Source: Gammaproteobacteria bacterium (GTDB taxonomy: Bacteria > Pseudomonadota > Gammaproteobacteria > JAADJB01). Taken from it: 64,000 nucleotides of DNA. The notes under the pieces were generated by a model. The model was not told where the DNA came from. It did no database searches and saw only the letters and a list, made by a program, of their open reading frames with translations. The stretch covers positions 40,936-104,935 of the forward strand of contig JAADJB010000019.1 in assembly GCA_013151035.1 (NCBI GenBank). Direction: 5' to 3'. The translations under genes and the position numbers were made by a program. Positions 1-10,178 of this stretch are shown here, piece by piece (positions within the stretch are counted from its first letter, which is position 1; the number at the start of each line of letters is the position of its first letter).

Positions 1-405
1 TTCATCACTTAATATCCGAAAATACACGTTAAACTGAATCACCTCAATCTGGCTGCGTTGTTGTTTGGCATTGTACAGACACAAGCCGGTCAGGAATGAG
101 ACGTATTGCCCTGATAGTTTTTTAAGTTGTTGGCAGGCCTTTTCATGGTTGCCCGGTTTACCCAGAATTTGATCACCTAACAGAGCAATCTGATCAGACC
201 CAATTAGCAACGCATCCGGAAATTGACTGGCACAGGCTTTTGCCTTTTGTTCCGCTAATCGGTAAACCAGTTGTAACGGGGGTTCACCTTCTAATGGAGA
301 TTCATCGATATCCGGTGATGCCGTTTCGAAATCAAGCTGCAATCGTGATAACAGCTCCTTTCTAAAGGGAGAAGTGGAGGCGAGGACTAATTGACTTTGA
401 CTCAT
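1..405 (-). CDS. maf: Maf-like nucleotide pyrophosphatase (YceF-type); C-terminal part lies outside the window
   Basis: Own minus-strand translation from ATG (405-403): MSQSQLVLASTSPFRKELLSRLQLDFETASPDIDESPLEGEPP...LLIGSDQIALLGDQILGKPGNHEKA. The ASxSPxRxxLL and GSDQ motifs are typical of Maf/YceF. Not in the ORF track because it is open at the window edge. Confidence 0.8.
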   Translation of the reverse strand, partial: MSQSQLVLASTSPFRKELLSRLQLDFETASPDIDESPLEGEPPLQLVYRLAEQKAKACASQFPDALLIGSDQIALLGDQILGKPGNHEKACQQLKKLSGQYVSFLTGLCLYNAKQQRSQIEVIQFNVYFRILSDE

Positions 406-444
406 AATAAAAATTGTTATCGTTACACTATTAACTCAAAAGGC

Positions 445-548
445 GGGGGTTGTTCTCTTCTAACAGAGACCGTTGCCCGCATGGACGCGGGCATCGAGCC
501 TACATGGACGTATTTACGGCGCGTCTCTGTTAGAAGAGAACAACACCC
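445..548. mobile_element. MITE-like palindromic repeat element, copy 1 (~104 bp)
   Basis: Perfect 22-bp terminal inverted repeats GTTGTTCTCTTCTAACAGAGAC (449-470) and GTCTCTGTTAGAAGAGAACAAC (523-544). Inner hairpin GCCCGC-ATGGAC-GCGGGC. Near-identical copies at 23851-23950 (opposite orientation) and 53671-53745. Confidence 0.75.
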
Positions 549-565
549 GCATCAACCCCACCATT

Positions 566-2377
566 CTAACCGATTTCAATCAGCGTTTCATCCGGATTAA
601 CGGTATCGCCTTTTTCAACGTGTACCGCCTTAATGATGCCATCAATCGGTGACTGTATCTCGGTCTCCATCTTCATCGCCTCGGTAATTAATAGTGCTTC
701 TCCGGCCTTAACCTGGTCATCGACCTTAACCAATACCTCGATAATAGTACCCGGCATAGATGTGGTGACATCCCCTGGGTTGGATGCACGCGGTCGTTTA
801 CTGCCGCCCTTGCCTGAGGAGCCATCCTGATCCTCACCAATTTCTTCTAATACCTCAACCTGTATTTCTTCAGGGATGCCGTCAATGGTCAGGTAGAAGG
901 GACGTTTATCCTGATGGGCATGACCGGAGCCAGTGACGTGAATATGGTAATTATCACCATGCAGCATGACATTAAATTCGGTAGGACGAGTACCGGATGT
1001 ACACAGGGTATCGACCACCGGTTCCAGGGGTTCAGGTTCCAGGCTATTACTATTGCGTTGTTCCAGAAAGGTACGACCGATCTCGGGAAACATGGCATAG
1101 ATCAGCACATCCTCTTTACTCTGTGCCACATCACCAATCTCGCGGGTGAGGTTATCCATCTCGTCATCCAGCAAATCTGCTGGACGGACATCAATAACAT
1201 ATTCATTACCGATGGCCTGTCGTTTAACCTTTTTATCAACCTCAGCCGGTGCCTTGCCATAACGTCCTTGTAGATAGAGTTTGACCTCATTGGTAATCGT
1301 TTTATAACGCTCACCGGTTAACACATTTAATACCGCCTGGGTGCCAACGATCTGTGAGGTTGGCGTTACCAGAGGCGGGTAGCCCAGCTCCTTGCGCACC
1401 TTGGGGATTTCTTCCAGCACTTCATTCATGCGCCCTAAGGCATCCTGTTCACGTAATTGGGTATACAGGTTAGAGATCATACCGCCAGGTACTTGATAGA
1501 TCTGTACGCGCGTATCGAGGCCGGTAAATTCACTCTCGAATTGATGGTATTTTTTGCGTACCTCACGAAAATAAAAACCAATCTCTTGTAGTGCAGAAAG
1601 ATTGAGGCCAGTGTCATATTCAGTCTCATGCAGGGCAGCGACCATACTCTCAGTCGGTGGATGGCTGGCACCACAGGCAAAGGATGAGATGCTGGTATCA
1701 ATATGACGACAACCATTCTCAATCGCCTTTAACTGACACATCTCGGCAGTACCCGCAGTGGCATGGGTGTGCAGGTGAATCGGGATATCCAGTGCTTCGA
1801 CAAGATCGTGTACCAGTTCAGCGGTCTTGAAGGGTGTTAACAGGCCCGCCATATCCTTGATAACAACACTGTCACAACCCATCGCTTGTTGCTGTTGTGC
1901 CAGGGTAACAAATTGTTTAATGGTATGAACCGGGCTGGTGGTATAACAGATTGTACCTTGAGCATGGGCGCCACATGCCTTAACAGTCTTAATTGAGGTC
2001 TCCAGGTTACGAACGTCATTTAATGCATCAAAGATACGAAATACCTGCATGCCATTTTCAACCGCGCGATTGATAAAAGCCTTCACCACATCATCCGAAT
2101 AGTGACGATAACCGAGTAGGTTTTGCCCGCGCAATAACATTTGTAGCGGAGTGTTAGGCAGCGCTTGATGTAACTGGCGCAGACGTTGCCAGGGGTCTTC
2201 TTTTAGAAAACGAATGCAGCTATCGAAGGTGGCACCACCCCAGGCCTCCAATGACCAGTAGCCGATAGCATCCAGTTTGTCACAGATCGGCAACATATCC
2301 TCGGTGCGCATACGAGTAGCGATCAGGGATTGGTGAGAGTCTCGTAGAATAACATCAGTGATATGTACTTTTGACAT
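566..2377 (-). CDS. pycB: Pyruvate carboxylase subunit B (carboxyltransferase + biotin carboxyl carrier domain; oxaloacetate decarboxylase alpha-like)
   Basis: 603 aa. N-terminal carboxyltransferase region (VHITDVILRDSHQSL, HLHTHATAGT). C-terminal biotinyl domain with AMKMETE motif. Adjacent to a biotin carboxylase gene, with no Na+-pump beta/gamma genes nearby. Confidence 0.85.
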   Translation of the reverse strand: MSKVHITDVILRDSHQSLIATRMRTEDMLPICDKLDAIGYWSLEAWGGATFDSCIRFLKEDPWQRLRQLHQALPNTPLQMLLRGQNLLGYRHYSDDVVKAFINRAVENGMQVFRIFDALNDVRNLETSIKTVKACGAHAQGTICYTTSPVHTIKQFVTLAQQQQAMGCDSVVIKDMAGLLTPFKTAELVHDLVEALDIPIHLHTHATAGTAEMCQLKAIENGCRHIDTSISSFACGASHPPTESMVAALHETEYDTGLNLSALQEIGFYFREVRKKYHQFESEFTGLDTRVQIYQVPGGMISNLYTQLREQDALGRMNEVLEEIPKVRKELGYPPLVTPTSQIVGTQAVLNVLTGERYKTITNEVKLYLQGRYGKAPAEVDKKVKRQAIGNEYVIDVRPADLLDDEMDNLTREIGDVAQSKEDVLIYAMFPEIGRTFLEQRNSNSLEPEPLEPVVDTLCTSGTRPTEFNVMLHGDNYHIHVTGSGHAHQDKRPFYLTIDGIPEEIQVEVLEEIGEDQDGSSGKGGSKRPRASNPGDVTTSMPGTIIEVLVKVDDQVKAGEALLITEAMKMETEIQSPIDGIIKAVHVEKGDTVNPDETLIEIG

Positions 2378-2397
2378 GATAGGGAACCTATGATTGA

Positions 2398-3816
2398 TTA
2401 TGCGCCTAGATGTGCAGCAATGGCCGCAGCCATCGCTGTAACCAGTTCACGATCCGATATTTCGGTGTGGTAATGACAGAGTTCAGGGTGCTTTTCGATA
2501 AATGAGGTATCGAAGTGTGCTTTACGGAAAGCGGGGTGTTTGAGCACCTCAAGATGAAACGGGATGGTGGTCTTGACCCCATAAACCCCCATATCCTTTA
2601 ATGCGCGTGCACCGCGATTTAACAATCCCTCCCAGTCCATTGCCCAGACGGTAATCTTGGCACACATGGAGTCGTAGTGGGGTGGGATTTTATAACCGGT
2701 ATAAATCGCTGCATCGGTGCGTACACCGGGACCACCGGGGGCATAATAACGACTGATACGACCAAAGCTAGGCAGGAAATCATTCTTCGGGTCTTCGGCA
2801 TTAATGCGGAATTCCATCGCATAGCCACGTTGCTGTACATCCTTTTGCTGGATCGTCAGGGGATGCCCCTCGGCGATACGAATCTGTTGCTGGACAATAT
2901 CAATACCCGTGATCTGTTCAGTAATGGTATGTTCAACCTGTAGCCGGGTATTCATCTCCATGAAATAGAATTCGTCATTCTCATCCATCAGAAATTCAAC
3001 CGTACCCGCATTGACATAATTTGCGGCACGCGCAGCGCGTATCGCATAATCACCTAGTAACTGCCGTTGTTCTTCATTAATCTGGGGCGAGGGGGCAATC
3101 TCAATGAGTTTTTGATGACGGCGTTGAATGGAACAATCCCGTTCAAATAAATGGATGACATTACCATGGTTATCCGCCAGGATTTGCACCTCGATATGAC
3201 GCGGGTTATCTACGCATTTTTCCAGGAAGATATCAGCACAACCAAAGGCCTTGGTCGCCTCGGACAGTACACGGTCGTAGTTGCGACAGAGTTCTTCATC
3301 CGAGTTGCAGCGACGAATACCGCGTCCACCACCGCCCGAGGTCGCCTTCAGCATAACTGGATAGCCGATCTCACCCGCCAGCTGGCGCGCCTCATCAAGA
3401 TCCTTCAGGTTGCCCTCACTGCCGGGGGTGATCGGGACACCTGCCTTCCTCATGGCATCACGCGCCATGGTCTTGTTACCCATGTTCAGGATGACCTTTG
3501 CATTCGGGCCGACAAAACAGATACCACGACGCACACAAGTTTCGGCAAGTAGAGGGTTTTCAGATAGAAAGCCATAACCAGGGTGCAAGGCATCACACCC
3601 GGTTGCCACCGCAAGATTGACAATACGATGGGCATTGAGATAACCCGCAACCGAGTCAGGGCCGATATTATAGGCCTCATCCGCCTTTTTAACATGCAGG
3701 GAATGACGATCCGCATCGGTATAGATCGCCACCGAGGTAATGCCCATCTCGGCACAGGCCCGCACAATACGGACAGCGATCTCACCGCGATTGGCAATTA
3801 ATAGTTTCTTTATCAC
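2398..3816 (-). CDS. pycA: Pyruvate carboxylase subunit A (biotin carboxylase)
   Basis: KKLLIANRGEIAVRI, ATP-grasp GGGGRGIR, EMNTRLQVEH. Start moved to the in-frame GTG at 3816 (MIKKLLIANRGE), because the first 29 aa of the track ORF (2398..3903) are not family-like. Confidence 0.85.
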   Translation of the reverse strand: MIKKLLIANRGEIAVRIVRACAEMGITSVAIYTDADRHSLHVKKADEAYNIGPDSVAGYLNAHRIVNLAVATGCDALHPGYGFLSENPLLAETCVRRGICFVGPNAKVILNMGNKTMARDAMRKAGVPITPGSEGNLKDLDEARQLAGEIGYPVMLKATSGGGGRGIRRCNSDEELCRNYDRVLSEATKAFGCADIFLEKCVDNPRHIEVQILADNHGNVIHLFERDCSIQRRHQKLIEIAPSPQINEEQRQLLGDYAIRAARAANYVNAGTVEFLMDENDEFYFMEMNTRLQVEHTITEQITGIDIVQQQIRIAEGHPLTIQQKDVQQRGYAMEFRINAEDPKNDFLPSFGRISRYYAPGGPGVRTDAAIYTGYKIPPHYDSMCAKITVWAMDWEGLLNRGARALKDMGVYGVKTTIPFHLEVLKHPAFRKAHFDTSFIEKHPELCHYHTEISDRELVTAMAAAIAAHLGA

Positions 3817-3828
3817 AACGCTCACACC
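3788..3828. repeat. 41-bp direct repeat, copy 1 (covers the pycA start codon and first ~9 codons)
   Basis: CGATTGGCAATTAATAGTTTCTTTATCACAACGCTCACACC. 39/41 identical to 6673-6713. Confidence 0.9.
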
Positions 3829-3915
3829 CTTAGAGCAAGTATTGTTGCTAATAATACTGATTTTTGGGGTGTTGTCGAATAGATTAGCAAAACAGGGTAT
3901 CAATAGAGAGAAAAT

Positions 3916-4029
3916 ATGCCATCAATATCAGCGTTCTATGGAATTATAATCTACATGTATTTCATGGATAATAAACAACATAATCTTCCACATATTATGG
4001 CAGCAAAAGTGGTAAAAATAGGGCGATAG
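3916..4029 (+). pseudogene. Truncated DUF4160-family (TA-associated) gene remnant
   Basis: Own translation MPSISAFYGIIIYMYFMDNKQHNLPHI then unrelated MAAKVVKIGR*. The first 27 aa match the characteristic DUF4160 N-terminus (MPxIxxFxGIxIxMYxxDxxxPHxH). Family members are about 80-90 aa; this ORF is 37 aa. Confidence 0.55.
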
Positions 4030-4208
4030 AGCCTGTGCCAAATAATTTGCAGTTATTTAATTTTTATGATTATAATGAAAGCTACCTTTTTGGTAGGTTA
4101 TTTGCTTGGTAATCGGGGCAGAAGAAAGGATTAAGGGAAATAGGTTGTTATCAAAAGTGGATGGCTCTGTAGGGTCGTCTGTAATATTAATGGAAACAGG
4201 GATAAAAC

Positions 4209-5840
4209 ATGAAAATCAAAAGCTTTAATAACTGGAATATTTCCACAAAACTATATGCTGGTTTTGGTTTTATTATTACAGGTCTGGTTGTGCTGGGTAT
4301 ATTTGGCCTCCATCAAGCATCCGCAATTAATCAGCGGGTTAATAACCTTTATACGCAGGAACTGATCCCTCTGGAAACGATTGATGATATGAAAGCTTCT
4401 CTTTATCGTATTCGTGATCGAATGGGGCGCATATTAACCGAACCTGAACGTTACACGGCTCATGAAAAACAATTTAAAGAACAATTATCACGGCTTGAAC
4501 GTAACGAGAAAAAGTATAAAGACTCTCGGTTAGGAGAAACAGAAACCCGTTTAATGGACGCTTACTCTTCCAACTGGAGCCGATATTTAGAAATAATACA
4601 CAATCAATTTTTACCTTTAATACTTGATGGCAAACAGGAGTTAGCAGAAAACATACTCTATGGAACAGCTCAAGAAGCATTTCGATCTGCCCGCAAAGCC
4701 GTTAATGAATTAGCCGATTATCAAATCAAACGAGCTGAGCGTCGCCATACCAATGCTGAAATGGCTTTTGAAGAAATGCAGGTCTTAACCATCAGTGTTA
4801 TTATTGCGATTTTATTATTTGCTAGCTTTATCTCCTGGTATATCGTGCGCAGCATCGTGCAGCCGGTTTCTTTAATGCGTGATGTACTTGAGTTAATGGA
4901 TCAGGGCGACTTAACTCATCAGGTGGACTATCATTCAGATGATGAAATTGGTGAAATGGTTGTCACCTTAAATAAAAGCATTGTTACTCAGCAAAAAATT
5001 ATTGCTACAGTTTCCAATACTGTTGATGAGTTATCTTCTGCGGGTGAGGAAATGTCGGTGATTACAGGTCAAACCAGTCAAACTATTCATGAGCAACGGG
5101 GTGAAACCGAACAAGTTGCTACTGCTATGACTGAGATGACAGCAACTGTACAGGAAGTGGCTACCAATATTACTCACGCAGCAACGGCTGCCAATGATGC
5201 TAGTGATCAAACTAAAGCAGGTAGTGTAGTGGTGCAACAAGCCATTGCACAAATTAATACACTGGCTCAGCAATTGGAATTATCGGCTGAAGCCATACAA
5301 GAAGTAGAGAAGAACAGTGAGGCTATAAGTACAGTGTTGGATGTTATTAAAGGCATTGCCGAGCAAACGAATTTGCTGGCACTAAATGCAGCCATAGAAG
5401 CTGCGCGAGCAGGTGAGCAAGGAAGAGGCTTTGCTGTGGTAGCTGATGAGGTTCGTACACTGGCTGGACGTACACAACAAGCAACCGAAGAAATTAATAA
5501 GATGATTGATCAACTTCAAGCTGGAGCTAAAAAAGCTGTTGAGGTCATGGAGCAAAGTAGGGCGCAATCTCAATCTGCAGTTGATTTTGCTTCTCAGTCT
5601 GGAGATGCACTACAAACCATTTCAACTTCGGTTGAGAGGATTAATGAAATGAGCGCACAAATTGCCAGCGCAGCTGAAGAACAAAGTAGTGTGTCAGAGG
5701 AGATCAACTGTAACATTGTCAGGATAAGTGACATGTCAAATAAAACAGCCGAAGGCGCCGAAGAAACTGCAACTGCTAGCCAGGATTTGGCTAGGATGGC
5801 TGCTTCCTTACAAGGCTTGGTTGCTAATTTTAAGGTGTGA
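4209..5840 (+). CDS. Methyl-accepting chemotaxis protein
   Basis: 543 aa. N-terminal TM, helical sensor region, second TM, HAMP, and the conserved signalling hairpin [32 protein letters not shown]. Confidence 0.9.
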   Translation: MKIKSFNNWNISTKLYAGFGFIITGLVVLGIFGLHQASAINQRVNNLYTQELIPLETIDDMKASLYRIRDRMGRILTEPERYTAHEKQFKEQLSRLERNEKKYKDSRLGETETRLMDAYSSNWSRYLEIIHNQFLPLILDGKQELAENILYGTAQEAFRSARKAVNELADYQIKRAERRHTNAEMAFEEMQVLTISVIIAILLFASFISWYIVRSIVQPVSLMRDVLELMDQGDLTHQVDYHSDDEIGEMVVTLNKSIVTQQKIIATVSNTVDELSSAGEEMSVITGQTSQTIHEQRGETEQVATAMTEMTATVQEVATNITHAATAANDASDQTKAGSVVVQQAIAQINTLAQQLELSAEAIQEVEKNSEAISTVLDVIKGIAEQTNLLALNAAIEAARAGEQGRGFAVVADEVRTLAGRTQQATEEINKMIDQLQAGAKKAVEVMEQSRAQSQSAVDFASQSGDALQTISTSVERINEMSAQIASAAEEQSSVSEEINCNIVRISDMSNKTAEGAEETATASQDLARMAASLQGLVANFKV

Positions 5841-5881
5841 ATAATGGTGTTCTCCCTGAGATCTAACTAGTCATCTGAAGG

Positions 5882-6659
5882 ATGTTATTGAAAAAAGAAA
5901 AAATGCAGCGTTGTAAGTTGATTAAGTTATTGATCGCTTTTTTTCTGTTGTTACCTAACTTATTAAGTGCTGAACCTATACAACCTGATCGACCTGGTTT
6001 TAGCACAGGTACCTATACTGTAGAACCGGGGTTTAGTCATATAGAGATGGGTATTCAATCTGATTATAGTAATCAGATTGGTGACCCAGACAGTTACACC
6101 GCTCCACTCATTAATTATCGTTTAGGATTAACGCCTAATATGGAATTTAACCTACTCTGGGATGGTTGGGGCTTGGTGGATGGTGGTCGTCAGAACAATA
6201 CAATGAATGATGTTTTTGTGGGGATAAAACATCGACTCGTGGTAAGTGATTCATACAATATCTCAGTATTAGGTTTTATTTCTCTACCTACGGGCAATAC
6301 TGCCGATGCCGGACACTCAACACCATTTATTGCCTTGTTATGGGATTATGTAATAACCGATCAAATATTAGTTTTTGGTACAATGCAATTTATATCCTTT
6401 GTTGAAGATAAACAGCGTAGCAAGCAATAACTTTCAGCCAGCCATTGGTTTCTCTTTTACACATACCCAAAAAACCAGTACCTTTATAGAATATTATAAT
6501 GATATAGCTATCAATTCAGATACACAGAAAAGTCGTGTAGTGGACGCAGGTATCGCATATTTATTAACTCCCTCCATCCAGTTGGATTTTAATGCTGGTT
6601 TTTCACTCGATCAGTATTCTAGCGACTTTATGGGCGTAGGTGTAGCTATACGTTTTTAG
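5882..6659 (+). pseudogene. Outer-membrane beta-barrel protein (MetA-pathway/transporter-like OMP) split by a frameshift
   Basis: Signal peptide LLIAFFLLLPNLLSA; PDRPGFSTGTYTV motif; C-terminal ...GVGVAIRF with terminal Phe. The reading frame switches between ORFs 5882..6430 and 6375..6659. Confidence 0.6.
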
Positions 6660-6672
6660 TCGTTTCAATCCA

Positions 6673-6713
6673 CGATTGGCAATTAATAGTTTCTTTATCA
6701 CAATACTCACACC
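6673..6713. repeat. 41-bp direct repeat, copy 2 (orphan stub of the pycA 5' end)
   Basis: CGATTGGCAATTAATAGTTTCTTTATCACAATACTCACACC. The minus strand reads MIKKLLIANRG and then diverges from pycA. Confidence 0.9.
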
Positions 6714-6755
6714 TCAAGGGTCGCGGGAACCTTATAGTATCGCCCCATTTCTCGT

Positions 6756-7109
6756 CTACAGTTTGAATAATTGATGAAGTGCAGTGGAAACTGCAGAACG
6801 ATCCTGTTTAGTCAACGCCCCAGCCTTACGAATGACCAGTTTATCATCCAGAGTAAAAAGCTTCATCCTCACCACCGATGCTGATGGCAACCCAGCGTCA
6901 TCCAGACCTTGAATATTGACATCCAAAGGCCAATCCGAATTGCTGGCACTGGTAATCATCGCCAATACCGACTGTCCCACCTGTTTATTAAAGTGACCTG
7001 CGTCAGATAAAACCAACGCCGGGCGCCGCTTGGTGGTTGTTCTATCCGTAAATGGAAAGGGCACCACGACCACATCAAAAGCCTCAAAGGTCACGATAAG
7101 CCTCTTCAT
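6756..7109 (-). CDS. mazF: Type II toxin, PemK/MazF family
   Basis: 117 aa. FDVVVVPFPFTD...KRRPALVLS and ITS...DWPLDV pattern typical of PemK/MazF. Overlaps the upstream antitoxin gene. Confidence 0.8.
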   Translation of the reverse strand: MKRLIVTFEAFDVVVVPFPFTDRTTTKRRPALVLSDAGHFNKQVGQSVLAMITSASNSDWPLDVNIQGLDDAGLPSASVVRMKLFTLDDKLVIRKAGALTKQDRSAVSTALHQLFKL

Positions 7110-7314
7110 CCGCTTCCGATACCCACTCAGTCAGAGTACCTTCGATACTTTGTGCAAAGGCTAGATCGACAGGTCTCGCTTTACGAAGATGGACATCATT
7201 ACCATCAATATCAAAAACGATCTCATCGCCCGAATGCAGGTGAAGTAGTTTTCGTACAGGCTCAGGAATAGTCGCCTGATACTTGCTGGTTAATTTGCTT
7301 GTTGAAGTTTGCAT
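7084..7314 (-). CDS. mazE: Type II antitoxin, AbrB/MazE/SpoVT family
   Basis: 76 aa. LTSKYQATIPEPVRKLLHLHSGDEIVFDIDGNDVHL is a swapped-hairpin AbrB-like fold signature. Acidic C-terminus. Sits upstream of mazF. Confidence 0.8.
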   Translation of the reverse strand: MQTSTSKLTSKYQATIPEPVRKLLHLHSGDEIVFDIDGNDVHLRKARPVDLAFAQSIEGTLTEWVSEADEEAYRDL

Positions 7315-7330
7315 ATTCGCCTCTTACCAC

Positions 7331-7348
7331 GGTAATACTAGTATTACC
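7331..7348. promoter_or_regulatory. Perfect 18-bp palindrome; candidate MazE operator
   Basis: GGTAATACTAGTATTACC, 17 nt upstream of the mazE start codon (7314, minus strand). Confidence 0.5.
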
Positions 7349-7456
7349 CATTACTTAATAGCCATTATAGCAATTCCACCCAATTTAGCAAAAGAATAGC
7401 TTAATAACTGCGCAACAGGGAGTGTTGATAGGCAAGGTGGTATACTATCCCCCCTA

Positions 7457-10147
7457 ATGTATTCTTTTGATTTAGGTCTGCTTCCTTCGGGACATCTGCA
7501 CTGCTTCCCTTTAAACGGGGATGATTCAACTGGCAAAGAGATTCACATTGCTCCTATCGGCAAGGCCTTCGCACGTAGTGTGGGTGAAGGTTTGTTCAGC
7601 CTGGCGGCGAGTAAATACGGTAAAGAACTTTCTCCAGCACTACAATACTGGCGCAATATTGCCTGCCAATATCTGAGTCAACGCTGTCGCTTGATGCCGA
7701 TAGACTCACAGTTTCCTGATCCTGTTGAGTCGCTCACCGCCATAGAAACCATGCCGCTACTTCTGAGTGCGCCTCCTATGCGGGGGGCGGAGTATCTTTC
7801 TGCATCGGTGTTGCAGGATATTTATTCCCGGCTCGATAATTGGGTATGCGAACAAATAACGTCTTTCGGTGGACTCGGTGCCTTGCTTGCCAAAAAGGCA
7901 CCGCAATGGCATCAGGTAGGGCGTGTCTGTTTTCATCTGGCGGAAAACAAAAATGATCCGGATTATCCCTTCGCCTTCATGGTGACCTATGTTCCCGAGG
8001 TTTCAGAACAGGGTCAGATTCGTCATCAACCACTCGCTCGCGCCTTGCAGGAGTATGCGGGAACAAAAAACAAAAAGGCATTGATTCGCCTGCTTTCGCC
8101 TGTTCAACGCGCGGCTGAATCCAGCGCTGTCATTAAAGATCTGGTTGATAGCGGTGATATCTATCATCCTTTGGCCTGGACACCGGCGGAGGCCTATGCC
8201 TTTCTCAAGGATGCACCAGAGTACAAACAGTGTGGTGTCGTTGTGCGTTTGCCTGACTGGTGGAAGAAACGCAGTCGACCGCGTGCCAGGGTGACTATTG
8301 GTGATAAAAAGCAGAAGAACTTCACTGCTGATTCGTTACTGGATTTCAAATTGCATATTGCCCTGGGCAGTGAGCCGCTGAGTAAGGCCGAGTTGAAAAA
8401 ACTGATGGCGGCAGGTGATGGCCTTGTTTACATGAAGGGGCAGTGGGTTGAGGTGGATCAGGCACGGCTGAGTGAAGCCCTGGCGCACTGGGAGGCGGTG
8501 CAGGCCGAGGCGGCTAGTGGCGGACTTGGCTTTGCAGAAGGGATGCGCTTGCTGGCAGGTGCGCCGGCTGATCTAAAGCAGGATGATCTACTGGAAGAGA
8601 GTCAGGAGTGGTCGTTTGTTCAAGCTGGAAAATGGCTAGCTACTGAGTTGGCGGCATTACGTTCGCCCGAGCAGATGAAGATCATCAATCCGGGCAAAAC
8701 ACTCAAAGCAACGCTTCGACCTTATCAACAGACGGGCGTGAACTGGTTATGGTTGCTTTCCCAATTAGGGCTGGGTGCCTGTCTGGCAGATGACATGGGT
8801 CTGGGGAAAACCATGCAGGTGATTTCACTGTTGTTGCTACTTAAAAAGAAGCGCAGTGACACAGCTTCCCTGCTGGTGTTGCCAGCATCGCTGTTGGGTA
8901 ACTGGAAAATGGAACTTGAACGCTTTGCTCCTTCCCTGCGCTGTCTGTTTATACATAGCTCCCAGTTAAACAAAAAAACAATGGATGCCATCGCGAATGA
9001 AAGCACTGCCCTGAAAGACATCGATGTTGTATTAACCACCTATGGCACGCTGATGCGTCAGTCATGGTTGCATGAACAAGTGTGGCGACTACTGGTGCTG
9101 GATGAGGCTCAGGCAATCAAGAATCCTTCTGCTAGACAAACAAAAGCGGTAAAGGGAATCAAGGCCCAATCCCGTATCGCCCTGACCGGCACGCCGGTTG
9201 AGAATCGGCTCTCGGATCTATGGTCACTGTTCGACTTTTTGAACCCCGGTCTGCTGGGATCAGCGGCACGTTTTAAAGGTTTCGTGAAATCACTTTCACA
9301 ACGAAAGCATGATCACTATGCGCCATTACGCAACCTGGTTGCCCCCTATATTTTGCGACGACTAAAAACGGATCGATCCATCATTAGTGATTTGCCAGAG
9401 AAAACAGAAATGACGGCCTATTGTGGTCTGAGCAAGGTTCAGGTGGTGCAATATCAGCAGGCCGTGACCCAGATGGCGAAGGCGATTGAAAACCGGGATG
9501 GCATAAAACGCCGTGGACTGGTGCTCTCCTACCTGCTGCGCTTCAAGCAGATCTGCAATCATCCCTCACAATCGCTGGGTGATGGTGAGTACGATCCTGA
9601 AAAGAGTGGAAAATTTCAGCGTCTGGCCGAACTCTGTGAAGAGATCGCCTCACGTCAGGAGAAGTTGCTGGTATTTACCCAGTTTCGTGAAATGACCGCA
9701 CCACTGGCTAACTTTCTGGCCGAGCAGTTTGGCCAGCCCGGTCTGGTATTGCACGGAGGCACAGCGGTTAAAAGGAGACAAAAACTGGTCGAACAATTTC
9801 AGGATGAAGCGGGACCCCCCTTCTTTATTCTCTCCCTTAAGGCAGGCGGAACCGGTCTCAACCTGACACAGGCCTCTCATGTCATCCACTTTGATCGCTG
9901 GTGGAACCCGGCAGTAGAAAATCAGGCCACTGATCGCGCCTTTCGCATTGGTCAGAAAAAGAATGTGCTGGTGCATAAATTTGTCTGTCAGGGGACGGTA
10001 GAAGAGAAGATAGATGCCTTGATTAATGAAAAAATGGCGCTTGCCAATGATTTGCTGGAAGGCGGCTCCGAGGCCTTGTTAACAGAAATGGATGACAAGG
10101 CACTGCTTAATCTGGTATCACTAGACATTGAAAAAGCGAAAGTTTAA
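7457..10147 (+). CDS. SNF2-family helicase/ATPase with long N-terminal SNF2-associated region
   Basis: 896 aa. Motif I DDMGLGKT, II DEAQAIKN, III TGTPVEN, VI QATDRAFRIGQ. No nuclease motif recognised. Confidence 0.9.
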   Translation: MYSFDLGLLPSGHLHCFPLNGDDSTGKEIHIAPIGKAFARSVGEGLFSLAASKYGKELSPALQYWRNIACQYLSQRCRLMPIDSQFPDPVESLTAIETMPLLLSAPPMRGAEYLSASVLQDIYSRLDNWVCEQITSFGGLGALLAKKAPQWHQVGRVCFHLAENKNDPDYPFAFMVTYVPEVSEQGQIRHQPLARALQEYAGTKNKKALIRLLSPVQRAAESSAVIKDLVDSGDIYHPLAWTPAEAYAFLKDAPEYKQCGVVVRLPDWWKKRSRPRARVTIGDKKQKNFTADSLLDFKLHIALGSEPLSKAELKKLMAAGDGLVYMKGQWVEVDQARLSEALAHWEAVQAEAASGGLGFAEGMRLLAGAPADLKQDDLLEESQEWSFVQAGKWLATELAALRSPEQMKIINPGKTLKATLRPYQQTGVNWLWLLSQLGLGACLADDMGLGKTMQVISLLLLLKKKRSDTASLLVLPASLLGNWKMELERFAPSLRCLFIHSSQLNKKTMDAIANESTALKDIDVVLTTYGTLMRQSWLHEQVWRLLVLDEAQAIKNPSARQTKAVKGIKAQSRIALTGTPVENRLSDLWSLFDFLNPGLLGSAARFKGFVKSLSQRKHDHYAPLRNLVAPYILRRLKTDRSIISDLPEKTEMTAYCGLSKVQVVQYQQAVTQMAKAIENRDGIKRRGLVLSYLLRFKQICNHPSQSLGDGEYDPEKSGKFQRLAELCEEIASRQEKLLVFTQFREMTAPLANFLAEQFGQPGLVLHGGTAVKRRQKLVEQFQDEAGPPFFILSLKAGGTGLNLTQASHVIHFDRWWNPAVENQATDRAFRIGQKKNVLVHKFVCQGTVEEKIDALINEKMALANDLLEGGSEALLTEMDDKALLNLVSLDIEKAKV

Positions 10148-10178
10148 CCTGGAATCCAGGTTTTAAAGGTGAAATGAA

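Noticed and set aside
391-600. 69-aa ORF with a peptide (LLTETVARMDAGIEPTW) conserved in ORFs 23836..24090 and 53655..53930
   Set aside because: The conservation is at DNA level within a palindromic MITE-like element. The ORFs run through terminal inverted repeats, differ outside the element, and have no start or RBS context.
7351-7536. 61-aa minus-strand ORF spanning the mazE-SNF2 intergenic region
   Set aside because: It overlaps the SNF2 start and the mazE promoter/palindrome region, and has no family resemblance.
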